A DNA stretch of 63,947 nt, filler included, from Octopus bimaculoides (lineage: Eukaryota), in assembly GCF_001194135.2 (NCBI RefSeq). It is 8 parts of 6 records of this genome, joined end to end, with 100 filler letters (N's around TTAATTAATTAA, not from the genome) between each part and the next. Parts side by side here need not be neighbours in the genome. Positions count along the whole stretch, not along the records: positions 49,103 to 53,550 come from NW_026335863.1; positions 53,651 to 55,728 come from NC_068991.1; positions 55,829 to 59,171 come from NC_068981.1; positions 59,272 to 62,658 come from NC_069006.1; positions 62,759 to 63,947 come from NC_068986.1; 3 more parts are not named here. One strand, given 5' to 3'. The notes beneath the pieces were generated by a model, which saw nothing but the letters and a program-made list of their open reading frames with translations, searched no databases and was not told the DNA's origin. Positions 52,836 through 63,703 of the stretch are shown one piece after another; positions within the stretch are counted from its first letter, which is position 1; the number at the start of each line of letters is the position of its first letter. Position numbers and translations under genes: made by a program.

Positions 52836-53317
52836 TTTTTATATATATATATATATATATATACATACAGACAGACATAAACATACATATATGTAAATAT
52901 ACATCAAGATATCTGGTACCACAAAAGACCAAGATATCTGGCACTTTGCTGTACACAAGAAGACCAGGTCCTCCACAGCAGAAGTGTTGAGGCCACACCC
53001 TCTGATGAAGATTGGCCTGCAAAAGTCATGTGCCAGTGACATGTAAAAAGCACTCGTGCCAGTGTCACGTATTAGTGTTAGTGCAGTGCCATATTGAAGC
53101 AGGTGGCTAATACCAGGTGTTGAGATGCAAGAGGGATAGGGGCAGGTGTCTTGCATATATATATACACATATATGTTGTGTAGGTATCAGAGGGGTTTAA
53201 AACCTGTAAGGGATAATTAAATCCAGAGACGCTTCTGGGTATTAGCTGGGTAGGTAGAGTCTTTTGTAAGGTTGTATAGTAGCAGGTGGTTCGGTTGGTA
53301 AACCGGAGTTTAGGTTA

Positions 53318-53501
53318 TATACGAGAAGAAAGTGGATATAATAACAATGGGAAGCTCTTGGTTTTCGCTGGCATGACTTTAATTAAATAGATAACAAAGG
53401 AGGAAGCTGCTTCTTCTTCCTTTGTTATCTATTTAATTAAAGACATATCAGCGAAAACCAAGAGTTTCCCATTGTTATAATATCTATTTTCTTCTCCTAT
53501 A
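53318..53501. repeat. 184-nt fold-back palindrome
   Basis: Arms 53318-53406 and 53413-53501, 9 differences, 6-nt loop. Confidence 0.9.
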
Positions 53502-53711
53502 TACATATATATACACATATATACACAAATATATATATATATATATATATNNNNNNNNNNNNNNNNNNNNNNNNNNNNNNNNNNNNNNNNNNNNTTAATT
53601 AATTAANNNNNNNNNNNNNNNNNNNNNNNNNNNNNNNNNNNNNNNNNNNNGACATATAACTATCCATGTCTGAACACTGGCTGTGGTAAATTTGTTCCTA
53701 CCTTTTTTTAG

Positions 53712-53970
53712 AAATAATACATTTCTAAATCTCTCAGAGAGATTTATGCAGTAGTAATACGATGGAGTAGTTGTATGCTCTCAACTTAATGTGACAGTCC
53801 CCTGAAGGGAATAACACTACTGTTGGTTAGACCTAGGAAGCTGCACTGCTTCCTGTCGACCTTGACACATTTCTTGTGTCCTTATGTTTACAAGGGGGAG
53901 ACAAGCACCTCCACCCAGCTAAGCCTGCATCCAGAGACATGTTTCTGAGTCTTTGCTCGTCATCAGTCTG
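53712..53970 (-). mobile_element. Non-coding repeat family E (copy 2) with intact hammerhead core at 53932-53970
   Basis: Minus strand CAGA-CUGAUGA-C-GAG(CAAAGA)CUC-A-GAAA-CAUG-UC/UCUG. Confidence 0.8.
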
Positions 53971-54299
53971 CTACTCCAGACAGTACTTATTCTATCGGTA
54001 TCTTTTGTACGCGCGCGGACGACGACGAACGAACGAACGAACGAACGAACGAACGAACGAACGAACGAACGAAGCGGACAAACACCCATACACACAAATA
54101 AACAAACAAACAAACATACATACGTACATACGTACATGCATACATACATGCAAACGCAGATACGTACGAACACACACACGAATGCGCGCGCACAGACACG
54201 GGCGCCAACACCCCCACACACACAAGAAACTGAAAAGGAAAAGGAATAAGAAATTATGTCATAAACTTTATCAGTTTTCATATGTTTCTTCTATAAAGT

Positions 54300-54504
54300 G
54301 GATCAAGTGATAAGAAAATTATCGAAGAATTTCTATTACAATTAGTATATATAATTGAAGAAAAATGCCTTTCTCAAAAAGACGTATTCAATGTTGATGG
54401 AATCGCTCCATTCTAGAAGAAAACATTAAAGAGAAATTTCACACCAATAACAAGCAGTAAAAAAGAAATTAACAGCTTCAAAGCCTCTAAAGAACAAATC
54501 ACAC

Positions 54505-54555
<51 letters not shown>

Positions 54556-55050
54556 GCTACAATGCATTAGGTAGCTTTTTCATGAAGCCATTATTAATTA
54601 ATAGGGCTCACAATCCATGTGGAATGAATGGATTGAATAAAAATCGCTATAGCTTACCGGTGTGCAAATTAAAAGCAATCATGGAAGACTGCTACAATAT
54701 TCGAACACTAGTTTTAACAAAATTTCTTTCCTGAAGCTGAAATTTATTATTAAAGAAAATAACATCGACTGCAGTATTTTATTAGTAATTGTTAACGTTC
54801 CATCACATCCATGTAATTTAGAACAATCTAACGTTAAAGTTATGTTATTACGACCCAATGCCATGCCACTTATATAATCATTGGACCAAGATATAAATTG
54901 TAACTTCAAGACAAATTCTTTGAAACATTCTTATAAAAATTTAAAAAAATACTGGATGATTTGGATGCAAACCGGTTTCTGTTCCACAGGTCCTGGAAAA
55001 ATATGGAGTATAATTTGCAAGAATTCTGGTAAATTATTTGATTTGTAATG
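54300..55050 (+). pseudogene. pogo/Tigger-like transposase relic
   Basis: IIEEK..SQKDVFNVDG..F*KK...FKASKEQITLLL[..]CYNALGSFFMKPLLI..AHNP, then ILLVIVNVPSHP...VKVMLLRPNAMPLI..LDQ. Confidence 0.85.
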
Positions 55051-55114
55051 ATACTAATATAGATCGCAGTTACGAATTTTATAGAGAAATAAGGTATATT
55101 ATGGTAACATACTA

Positions 55115-55332
55115 GTCGCTGAGTTGGTAGAACCGTTAACACTTCGGAGAAAATGTATAGAGGCATTTCTCCCGGCTCTTTACGTCCTGAGTTCCAACCC
55201 CGCTGAGGTCCACTTTGTTTTTCATCCCTTCGTATCCAATAAAATAAAATAAAGTACCCGACAAGTACTGAGGTTGATCTGATCAAGTTACCCACCTCCA
55301 TCCCACCTCCTCTCGCCTTCAAATCGCAGGCT
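55115..55332 (+). mobile_element. SINE family C, diverged
   Basis: gagttggtagaaccgttaac...ctgagttccaaccccgctgaggtccac...aagtacc. Confidence 0.8.
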
Positions 55333-56193
55333 TTGAATCCTCTAAAGGACCGACCTTATGTTCAAAAGAAACGCTATGATCTCAGTTACTTATATGCTAT
55401 GTAAACCGGGTTAACCGTCCTTATGAATCCGAAGCCTCGACGGACATGAACGAAAAAAAAAAACAAAAAAACAAAGACAAAGCAAAACGATCTGCGAAAA
55501 TCTTTACTCTGATCTGAAAGAAAAATTACGCAACCGAAAAATGATTGATTTTACCAGACGGTTAGCTATACTGAATAAAGAAGAAAAGGAAACGAGACCT
55601 AATAGTTATTGCGTCGTTGATTTTCAACTATCGAAAAACAAAGAACAATGGTTTTAATATCTTCAAGTGTAAATGACAGTCAATAACACAAACACTTCAT
55701 ACAAAGGCCATTTAAAACAAGTGACACGNNNNNNNNNNNNNNNNNNNNNNNNNNNNNNNNNNNNNNNNNNNNTTAATTAATTAANNNNNNNNNNNNNNNN
55801 NNNNNNNNNNNNNNNNNNNNNNNNNNNNAAAAAAAAGAAATTGGTGGTGTCGATCAAAAGGGATCGTAGGAAGGGAAAAAGGGGCAGTTCGATCAAAAGG
55901 GATCGAAAAAAAAAGAAAAGGAAAGGCCGATCAATAGGGATCGTGTATTACACAGTAGATAGATAGATAGATAGATAGATATAGAGCGTGAGAGAGAGAG
56001 AGAGAGAGAGAAAGAGACAGACAGACAGACAGACCGAGTGAGATAGAACGATACGTAGATATACGTGTGTATATAAACATCTATATATTTATATACATAT
56101 GCATAAACACACACACATATATATATATGCAAACACACACATACGTACTTAAATGTGTGTGTGTGTGTGTGTGTGTGTGTAGACTGATCGATC

Positions 56194-56248
<55 letters not shown>

Positions 56249-56948
56249 TGATAGATAGATATATGTGTATGTTTGTGTGCGTATATAATTGTATAGAGAC
56301 ATACATGTACATACATGCATACACCCATACACACATACATAATACATACATACATACCCACATAGATACATACACGCATACATACATACATGCATACATA
56401 CATTCATACATACAGACAGACATACATACATACACGCATACATACATATATACATACATGCATACATACATACATACATACGTAAACACATGCATACATA
56501 CATACATTAATACATACATATATATACATTCATATAAAATATATCGGCCAAACATAGGAAGCCAGGAAACATATGGCGCAACAGTTAAGTCATTAAAATC
56601 GTCCAGACGACAGAACTATATTGAATAAAACTAATTTAATCAGCCAAACAAATAAATACAAATATATCCAGGTTTATTTTTGTTAAATTCACTTCCAGTA
56701 ATTTCCACAAATCCATTCTCCAGCTCCACCGATGCCCAAATAGACCAAAATATGTCTAACACTAAACTACGCAATCTTTTTATTCTTATTTATTTATTTA
56801 CTAATTTACTTATTCTCTCATTTTAGATTCAAAATGTGATTACGTCTTACATATTTGGCATAATATGACGATGACTAATTTCCGGTTTTTTTTTTTTATT
56901 ACTGTCAATGATAAAATTCTGATATATTGTTGCAAATACACTTGTGTT

Positions 56949-57790
56949 AAAATAACCACCTACGTATCATACCTAATGTATACATGTTGTTGCTAGGCCA
57001 GTTATTGCAGTTATTTGTCCTGAAATAACATCTTTTATGGGTTTGCAGTGTTAAAAACGAAATAAATATCAGAGACAAAAATTCGTCCTAGAAGCAGCTT
57101 GCGAGAGTTGTATATGTATTTCAGCATTTTTGAGTCCTTTCAATGGCATGCAATTCCAGCCAGTCACATACTCCTGATAAAGAGAAAAAATGGTTAAACA
57201 TTCACTGATGTTGCAAATAGTCGCCTGGCTGAATAAAAGTCCAGTATATGCAATTGATCCGGAATCTAATTAAGACAATTATCTATGTACCATGTTTAAT
57301 ATATACACACACTGTTGATAAGGTACTTACTGCCGTTATTTGTCTTGAGATAACATCTCTTATGGACATACTATGTTAGAACACAACAGATATCAGAGAT
57401 AGACGAAAATTCGTTGCAGCTGCGGCCAACAAATTTATCAGATGCATTTCGATCTTTTAAGCCTCATCAATGACGCATACTAGCATCCAGCCACATACTT
57501 GGATGAGAATTTCTCGTCTCTGATGTAGGAATAAAGTTGATAAAACACTAATGCTGCGAATAGTCGCCTGGCGATTAAAAATCTGGTATATGGAGCTGAG
57601 GCAGTAATTAATCAAAATAACCATCTACGTATCATACTTAATGTATACACACGTTTGATAGGTCAGTTACTGCAATATTTGTCCTGAAATAACCTCTTAT
57701 GGACGTGCTGTGTTAAAAGTACCATAAATATCAGAGAAAAACGAAAATTCACCCCAACAGTTACCAGCAAGAGCGCCAGATGCATTCCGG
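56949..57790. repeat. ~335-bp degenerate tandem repeat, about 2.5 units
   Basis: Units begin ~56949, ~57274 and ~57615 (aaataaccatctacgtatcatac...ttatttgtcctgaaataac...tatcagag...gatgcatttc...aatagtcgcctggc). Confidence 0.85.
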
Positions 57791-57799
57791 CCTTTCTCT

Positions 57800-58175
57800 C
57801 GAAGTAGTGCTTAGAAGCAAAGTGTGTCGAGTGTGGTCATTTAGAAAATAAGATCAAGTTTCAGCTACGCAGAATCTCCTGGGTTGTGTCGAGCAAGACG
57901 AAAACTTTCTGAAAGCAATCATAACAGGTAACAAATCTTGGGTTTATGTCTACGACCCCGAAACCAGGGCTCGATTTTCGCAGTAGGAAACACCAAGATT
58001 TCAAGACATTATTTACATTATTTACATTTCATGGATATTTGTCCTCATCTTGTTTGTTGTTAACACAACGTTTCGGCTGATATACCTTCCAGCCTTATTC
58101 AGGTGGCTTGAGGAAATTTTGAACCTGGGTTCTCATTCCTAAGGTATTTTTCCGATGTTGTTGTTGTTGTTGTTG

Positions 58176-58226
<51 letters not shown>

Positions 58227-58397
58227 TCACTGCTTGGAATCGAACTCGGAATCTTGGGGCTAGTAGCCCGCGCTCTTAACCACTACGCCATATGCCCGTG
58301 GGCTTAACCACTGCGCTATGTGCCCGTGGGCATGTGGCGTAGTGTTAAGAGCGCGGGTTACTAACCCCAGGATTGCGAGTTCGATTCCAGGCAGTGA

Positions 58398-58465
<68 letters not shown>

Positions 58466-58865
58466 TCAAAAAATACCTTAGGAATGAGAACCCAGGTTCG
58501 AAATTTCCCCAAACACCTGATGAAAACTGAAGGGTATTTCAGCCGAAACTTGTTAACAACAAACAAGATGAGGACAAATATCCGTCAAATGTAATTAATG
58601 TAAATAAAGTAAATAATGTACATAATTCCTCATCTTTTAAATATAGAATTGTAAGATTTCAAGACGTCCAGGAAATCCAAGAGAATGCGATGAGGCAGCT
58701 GCTCGCTATCCTCCAAAATGCTCCAGGAATGCTTCCAACACTGGATAAAGTGTGTGGCTTCAGAAGGGGACAACTTTGAAGGGGACTAAAGGCCGAACTG
58801 CTATGTGTTTTAGTTTTCTTTTTATAGCACCAGTCCCCATAGTTTTTGACAAGAATTCTTAGCCC
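57800..58865 (+). mobile_element. Internally deleted mariner relic, interrupted by the 58008-58652 insertion
   Basis: Left part FLKAIITGNKSWVYVYDPET; right part RFQDVQEIQENAMRQL...KCVASEGDNFEGD*. Ends with a TIR-like ccagtccccatagtttttgacaag. Confidence 0.85.
58008..58652. mobile_element. Head-to-head palindromic dimer of SINE family G (tRNA head + (AAT)n + hammerhead tail) with 13-bp TSD
   Basis: The arms are reverse complements. A box tggcgtagtgg and B box gagttcgattcc are present. The direct repeat AAGATTTCAAGAC lies at 57995-58007 and 58653-58665. Confidence 0.85.
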
Positions 58866-58887
58866 AATGCCTGCAAGAATTGTTTTT

Positions 58888-59171
58888 TTGTTGTTGGCAC
58901 TCCGTCGCTTACGACATCGAGGGTTCCAGTTGATCCGATCAACGGAACAGCCTGCTCGTGAAATTAACGTGCAAGTGGCTGAGCACTCCACAGACACGTG
59001 TACCCTTAACGTAGTTCTCGGGGATATTCAGCGTGACACAGTGTGACAAGGCTGACCCTTTGAATTACAGGCACAACAGAAACAGGAAGAAAGAGCGAGA
59101 GAAAGTTGTAGTGAAAGAGTACATCAGGGTCCGCCACCATCCCCTGCCGGAGCCTCGTGGAGCTTTAGGTG
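58888..59171 (-). mobile_element. SINE family A, cut by a gap
   Basis: Matches the family A 3' 285 bp. Confidence 0.95.
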
Positions 59172-59271
59172 NNNNNNNNNNNNNNNNNNNNNNNNNNNNN
59201 NNNNNNNNNNNNNNNTTAATTAATTAANNNNNNNNNNNNNNNNNNNNNNNNNNNNNNNNNNNNNNNNNNNN

Positions 59272-59302
<31 letters not shown>

Positions 59303-59873
59303 ATATTTATGCATATATATGTATGTATATATATGTATGCATATACGTACAAACATGCATACATGCATATAAAAATACACGCTCACACACACACGTACAT
59401 ATATGTGTAGACATGCATACATAGGAAATAAAATAAATGACAAGAGAACATGCAGTGAGGCTGTAGATTGCATTTGTTTGCAGCTATTTTTGCTGCAAGA
59501 TGCAGTGCACTCAGGGTTTGTGTATGAGAGCACTTCTAGAAGAGCCTTCNNNNNNNNNNNNNNNNNNNNNNNNNNNNNNNNNNNNNNNNNNNNNNNNNNN
59601 NNNNNNNNNNNNNNNNNNNNNNNNNNNNNNNNNNNNNNNNNNNNNNNNNTATAAAAAATGTAAGCATCTGTAAATTGTGTGCTGGTGCCATGAGAAATGC
59701 TTTTATATTGTAACAATTACACAATATAGAAAGACATGTAAAACCGATAACTATATAATCCAACCAAAATATCTCAGTTACGCAAACGTAAACAGAATTT
59801 CTATTTAGTCTTAAAATACATCGAACATATTCAAAATACCATCTTGGTTTTGTGGTACGGAACGTTTTTCTGG

Positions 59874-60048
59874 TATTCTTTTATTCTTTTGGTTGTTTCG
59901 GTCATTTGACGGCGGCCATGCTGGAGTACCGCCCTTTAGTCGAAGAAATCGACCCCTGGACTTATTCCCTGTAATCTTGGTGGTTATTCTATTAGTCTTT
60001 TTATGCCGAACAGCTAAGTTACGGGAACGCAAACACACCAACGCACCA

Positions 60049-60082
<34 letters not shown>

Positions 60083-60172
60083 TGGTGTGTTGGTGTGTTT
60101 GCGTCCCCGTATATATATATAATAGGCTTCTTTCAGTTTCCGTCTACCAAATTCACTCACAAGGCTTTGGTC
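59874..60172 (-). mobile_element. SINE family D partial, with internal fold-back
   Basis: Matches 37582-37850. Confidence 0.85.
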
Positions 60173-60673
60173 TTTAAAGTATACAGTTAGACTTCTTTGG
60201 CAACTTTTCTCCCCCACCATTTTGTAGGGGGGTATTTACCTTATTTTTCTGGGCTCTTTTCGCAGCTATACCTCGTTCGAAATTTGCATTAGTTTTGTAT
60301 GAAAAAACAAAGGAAAGGAGGAAGGCTTGTTTGCAGTTTGTAGAAAAAACATTAAACGTGCCTAAAGGGAAAACATGGTTCCCCACCACCAGCTAAAAGA
60401 CATGAAGGTCTATGAAAGAAGGCGAATAAGTACCGGGGTCGGGGGGAAGAAGAGACAACTAACACTCGATCGTTTTAGAAGTCCCAGAATAAAAACGTAA
60501 ACACCCGAAAGACTTTCCCTCTATTCATTACTAAATGTCTTTCCCTGTTCTTCATTGTTAAAAGTAAAGAAGCTAGAAAAGATCGACCGTATTTCAGTCT
60601 GTCATTGTAAATGACTGAGGCTTTCCTTTCTCTGTCTCTGTCACTTCACTCCTTTTCTCTACGGTTAAGACAA

Positions 60674-60999
60674 TGAAGGTGTGTGGCTCAGTGGTTAGAA
60701 GTATTCGGCCCACGATCGTAAAGTCATGAGTACGATTTCCTGCGGCGCGCTGTGTTTTTCAGCAAGGTACTCTACTTCACCTTCCTGCAGTCCACTCAGC
60801 TGGCAAAAATGAGGTGTAGCTGTAATTCAATGGGGCCAGCCTTGTCACATTCTGTGTGAGGCTGAATCTCCCTGAGAACTAAGTACCTTATGGTATGCAT
60901 GTCTGTGGAGTACTCAGCCACTTGCGCGTTAATTTTACGAGCAGACTGTTCGTTGATTAGATAAACAGGGACCTCATCGTCGTAACCAACGGAGTGCCA
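60674..60999 (+). mobile_element. Chimeric SINE: family B head with family A core/tail
   Basis: B-type head, then tgtaattcaa...cagccttgtcaca...cgtaaccaacggagtgcca. Confidence 0.85.
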
Positions 61000-61319
61000 T
61001 TTTTTAAAAAAGTGAAAGAAAAGGAAATGTTCCATATCGTAAGGCAAAAATGTCATGTGTTTAGTATAAACAGTGAAAGGTAAAATGAAATAATTGCTAT
61101 TCCGTCGTGTATTCGCCCTTGACTCACGCACAGTTTGATAACGTCAACCTGTGCATCGTTATTTAACTGGGGTCTTGGCCTCCAGATCTATGAGACACAC
61201 GAATGCCGCTGTTAGGACCAGATTAACATCCATAGTGACCCTAACGACTAAAAAGAGTTTCCTGCCCCAATATAGGACCTTTTTTCGTTTTCTTCCAACC
61301 ACTTGAAGGTTTATCTTTC

Positions 61320-61477
61320 TCCAGTCCACTCAGCTGGCCAAAATGAGTTGTGGCAGTAATTCAAGGGAGCCAGCCTTGTCATATTCTGTGTGAGGCTGAA
61401 TCTCCCTTAGAGCTACGTTAACGATGTGTATGTCTATGGAGTACTCAGTAACTTGCGAGTTAATTTTATCCTCGTGT
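61320..61477 (+). mobile_element. Fragment of the B/A chimeric SINE
   Basis: Aligns to 60790-60940. Confidence 0.8.
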
Positions 61478-61715
61478 GGTAACGAAAAGTGAAAGTGACA
61501 TCTAATATTTGCTGTGTCTATGTATCTATGTATCAACTTTTCTTTTGATCTATGTATCTACTGTCTCTCTCCCTTTCTCTTTCACCTCCTTTGTGTCCCT
61601 CTTCTCCTCCGCTTTTAATTTAACAATGTGTGTTTCTATGCTTCTACTTTTCTTGCGATGTGATAAACATTTAAAAACTCAAAACGAAGGCCGTTACCAC
61701 TCACTGTCTCTCTCA

Positions 61716-61750
<35 letters not shown>

Positions 61751-62250
61751 ACTCTCTTTCTCTCTTTCTTCCTCTCTGTCATCCTCTCTGTCATCCTCTC
61801 TCTTGCTTTGTCACTCACTTCTTTGAAGTAAGTGTGACACACACGCCAGGTACGTACAAAAGGAACAAATTAGTATATTAATAGTATTGATGAGGAAAAG
61901 AGAAGTCATATTGGCATTACAAGTTTATTATAACATGTCTCCATATATTATGGCTTGTATCAAATAACCTTGCATGAAATATCGAATAACAAATATCGTC
62001 CGTTCATGGAAAGAATTGTAATGTCAATTGGACTTCTGCCATCATTAAAATTATCACTTTTATTACTTAACCAATGAGGCTGACATCAAGCTTGCTGCAT
62101 CTTAACTTGGAGTTGTTTGGTACTCCTCTTGGTATCAAATGAAGTCTTATGGATCTCCTTTTGCTTTTGGAATTCTACGCTAGCCAGCATTCTGCATGAT
62201 ATGGTAATGAGGCAAAAGCCATGATCATAATACATATACACAAACATACA

Positions 62251-62286
<36 letters not shown>

Positions 62287-62310
62287 TATAGTCGTATGTA
62301 CATCTATCTA

Positions 62311-62584
62311 GTGAAGGCGCATGGCTCAGTGGTTAGATCGTCGAGCTTACGATCGTGAGGTTGTGAGTTTGAATCCCGGAACGGGCTGCGTGTTGTGTTC
62401 TTGAGCAAGACACTTTATTGCATGTTGCTCCAGTTCACTCAGCTGTAGAAATGAGTTGCGACGTCTCAGGCTGGTATGCATGGGCGACTGCTGGTCTTCC
62501 ATAAACAACCTTGCCAGGACTTGTGCCTCGGAGGGTAACTTTCTAGGTGCAATCTCATGGTCAGTCATGACCGAAGGGGGACTC
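62311..62584 (+). mobile_element. SINE family B with alternative tail
   Basis: A and B boxes present; tail shared with 16430-16550; followed by (TATC)n. Confidence 0.9.
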
Positions 62585-62591
62585 AGCAACA

Positions 62592-62658
<67 letters not shown>

Positions 62659-62984
62659 NNNNNNNNNNNNNNNNNNNNNNNNNNNNNNNNNNNNNNNNNN
62701 NNTTAATTAATTAANNNNNNNNNNNNNNNNNNNNNNNNNNNNNNNNNNNNNNNNNNNNCTCACAACATGAAACCTTGGTCAAATATCTTCTGCTATGCCC
62801 CCTAGCTGATCAGTTTTGTTGATGAATTTGGTAGATGAAAACTGTGTATAATTTCTTTATATATGTGTGTATGTACGTGAGTGTGAGAGTGTGAGAGTAT
62901 GTGCGTGAATACATATGCGTGTGTGTGTGAGAGAGATGTCTGTGTGTCCCTGTATGTATGCGTGAATACATATATGCGCGCGCA

Positions 62985-63030
<46 letters not shown>

Positions 63031-63032
<2 letters not shown>

Positions 63033-63249
63033 AATAATACATTTCTAAATCTCTCAGAGAGACTTAAGCAGTAGTGATGCGATAAAGTAGTTGTATACTG
63101 CCAACGTAACGTGACAGTCCCAATAAGGGAATGTACAACTGCTATTTAGCCCTAGGAAGCTGGACCGCTTCCTGTCGGCCTTGATACATTTCCTGTGTCC
63201 TTATGTTTGCGAGGGGGAGACAAACTCCTCTACCCAGCCTAGCCTGCAT
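63031..63249 (-). mobile_element. Non-coding repeat family E (copy 3), lacking the hammerhead
   Basis: Aligns with 53712-53930 and stops at gcctgcat. Confidence 0.85.
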
Positions 63250-63309
63250 ATATGTGTATATATGCGTATCTTTGGCTATTTGAGTGTGCCCCCCCCCCCC
63301 ACACACACA

Positions 63310-63480
63310 ATCGCTTCACACCTGATGTTTATGTTCCCGTAATAGAGCAGTTCGGTAAAAGAGAGCTGTATAAGTACTAAGCTTGCGAAGAATAAGCTTT
63401 ATGGTCGATTTGTTCGACTAAAGGTGGTGCCCCAGTATAGCGCCAGTCAAATTAATGAAACAAGTAAAAGAATAAAAGAA
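63310..63480 (+). mobile_element. SINE family D 3' half, diverged
   Basis: gttcggtaaaagagag...taagtactaagcttg...gttcgactaaaggtggtgccccag...gaataaaagaa. Confidence 0.7.
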
Positions 63481-63703
63481 TAGAACATATATGGAGAATA
63501 TGAGGAGTTTAGTTTACTTGTGATCTAATTAATAGGCATAAATGCCTTCCTCCTCCACTTTAATAAAAATCTTAACGTCTGACCCCTCACATATAACTGA
63601 CCCTTACAATGAATAATAAATTATCTTCATTAATTTGTTTTGCTATTTATTTTACTTTTGCACTCATTCATTCTTTCTCACACCTATTTCACACACATAC
63701 GTT

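Noticed and set aside
56949-57790. CRISPR-like or regularly interspaced array
   Set aside because: Whole ~335-bp units are homologous; there is no short repeat with unique spacers, and the context is eukaryotic.
58325-58403. Functional tRNA gene
   Set aside because: The acceptor stem does not pair and it is fused to a repeat tail; it is a SINE head. The same applies to the other A/B-box hits and to 27241-27315.
2043-62710. Long ORFs in the track (poly-X, YIYI, HTHT, SLSL, poly-L/N/T/V)
   Set aside because: They run through N gaps or microsatellites; there is no evidence of coding.
18339-62714. Seven identical TTAATTAATTAA islands that could look like a regularly spaced motif
   Set aside because: Each sits in the middle of a 100-bp N gap and has stops in six frames; it is an assembly spacer.
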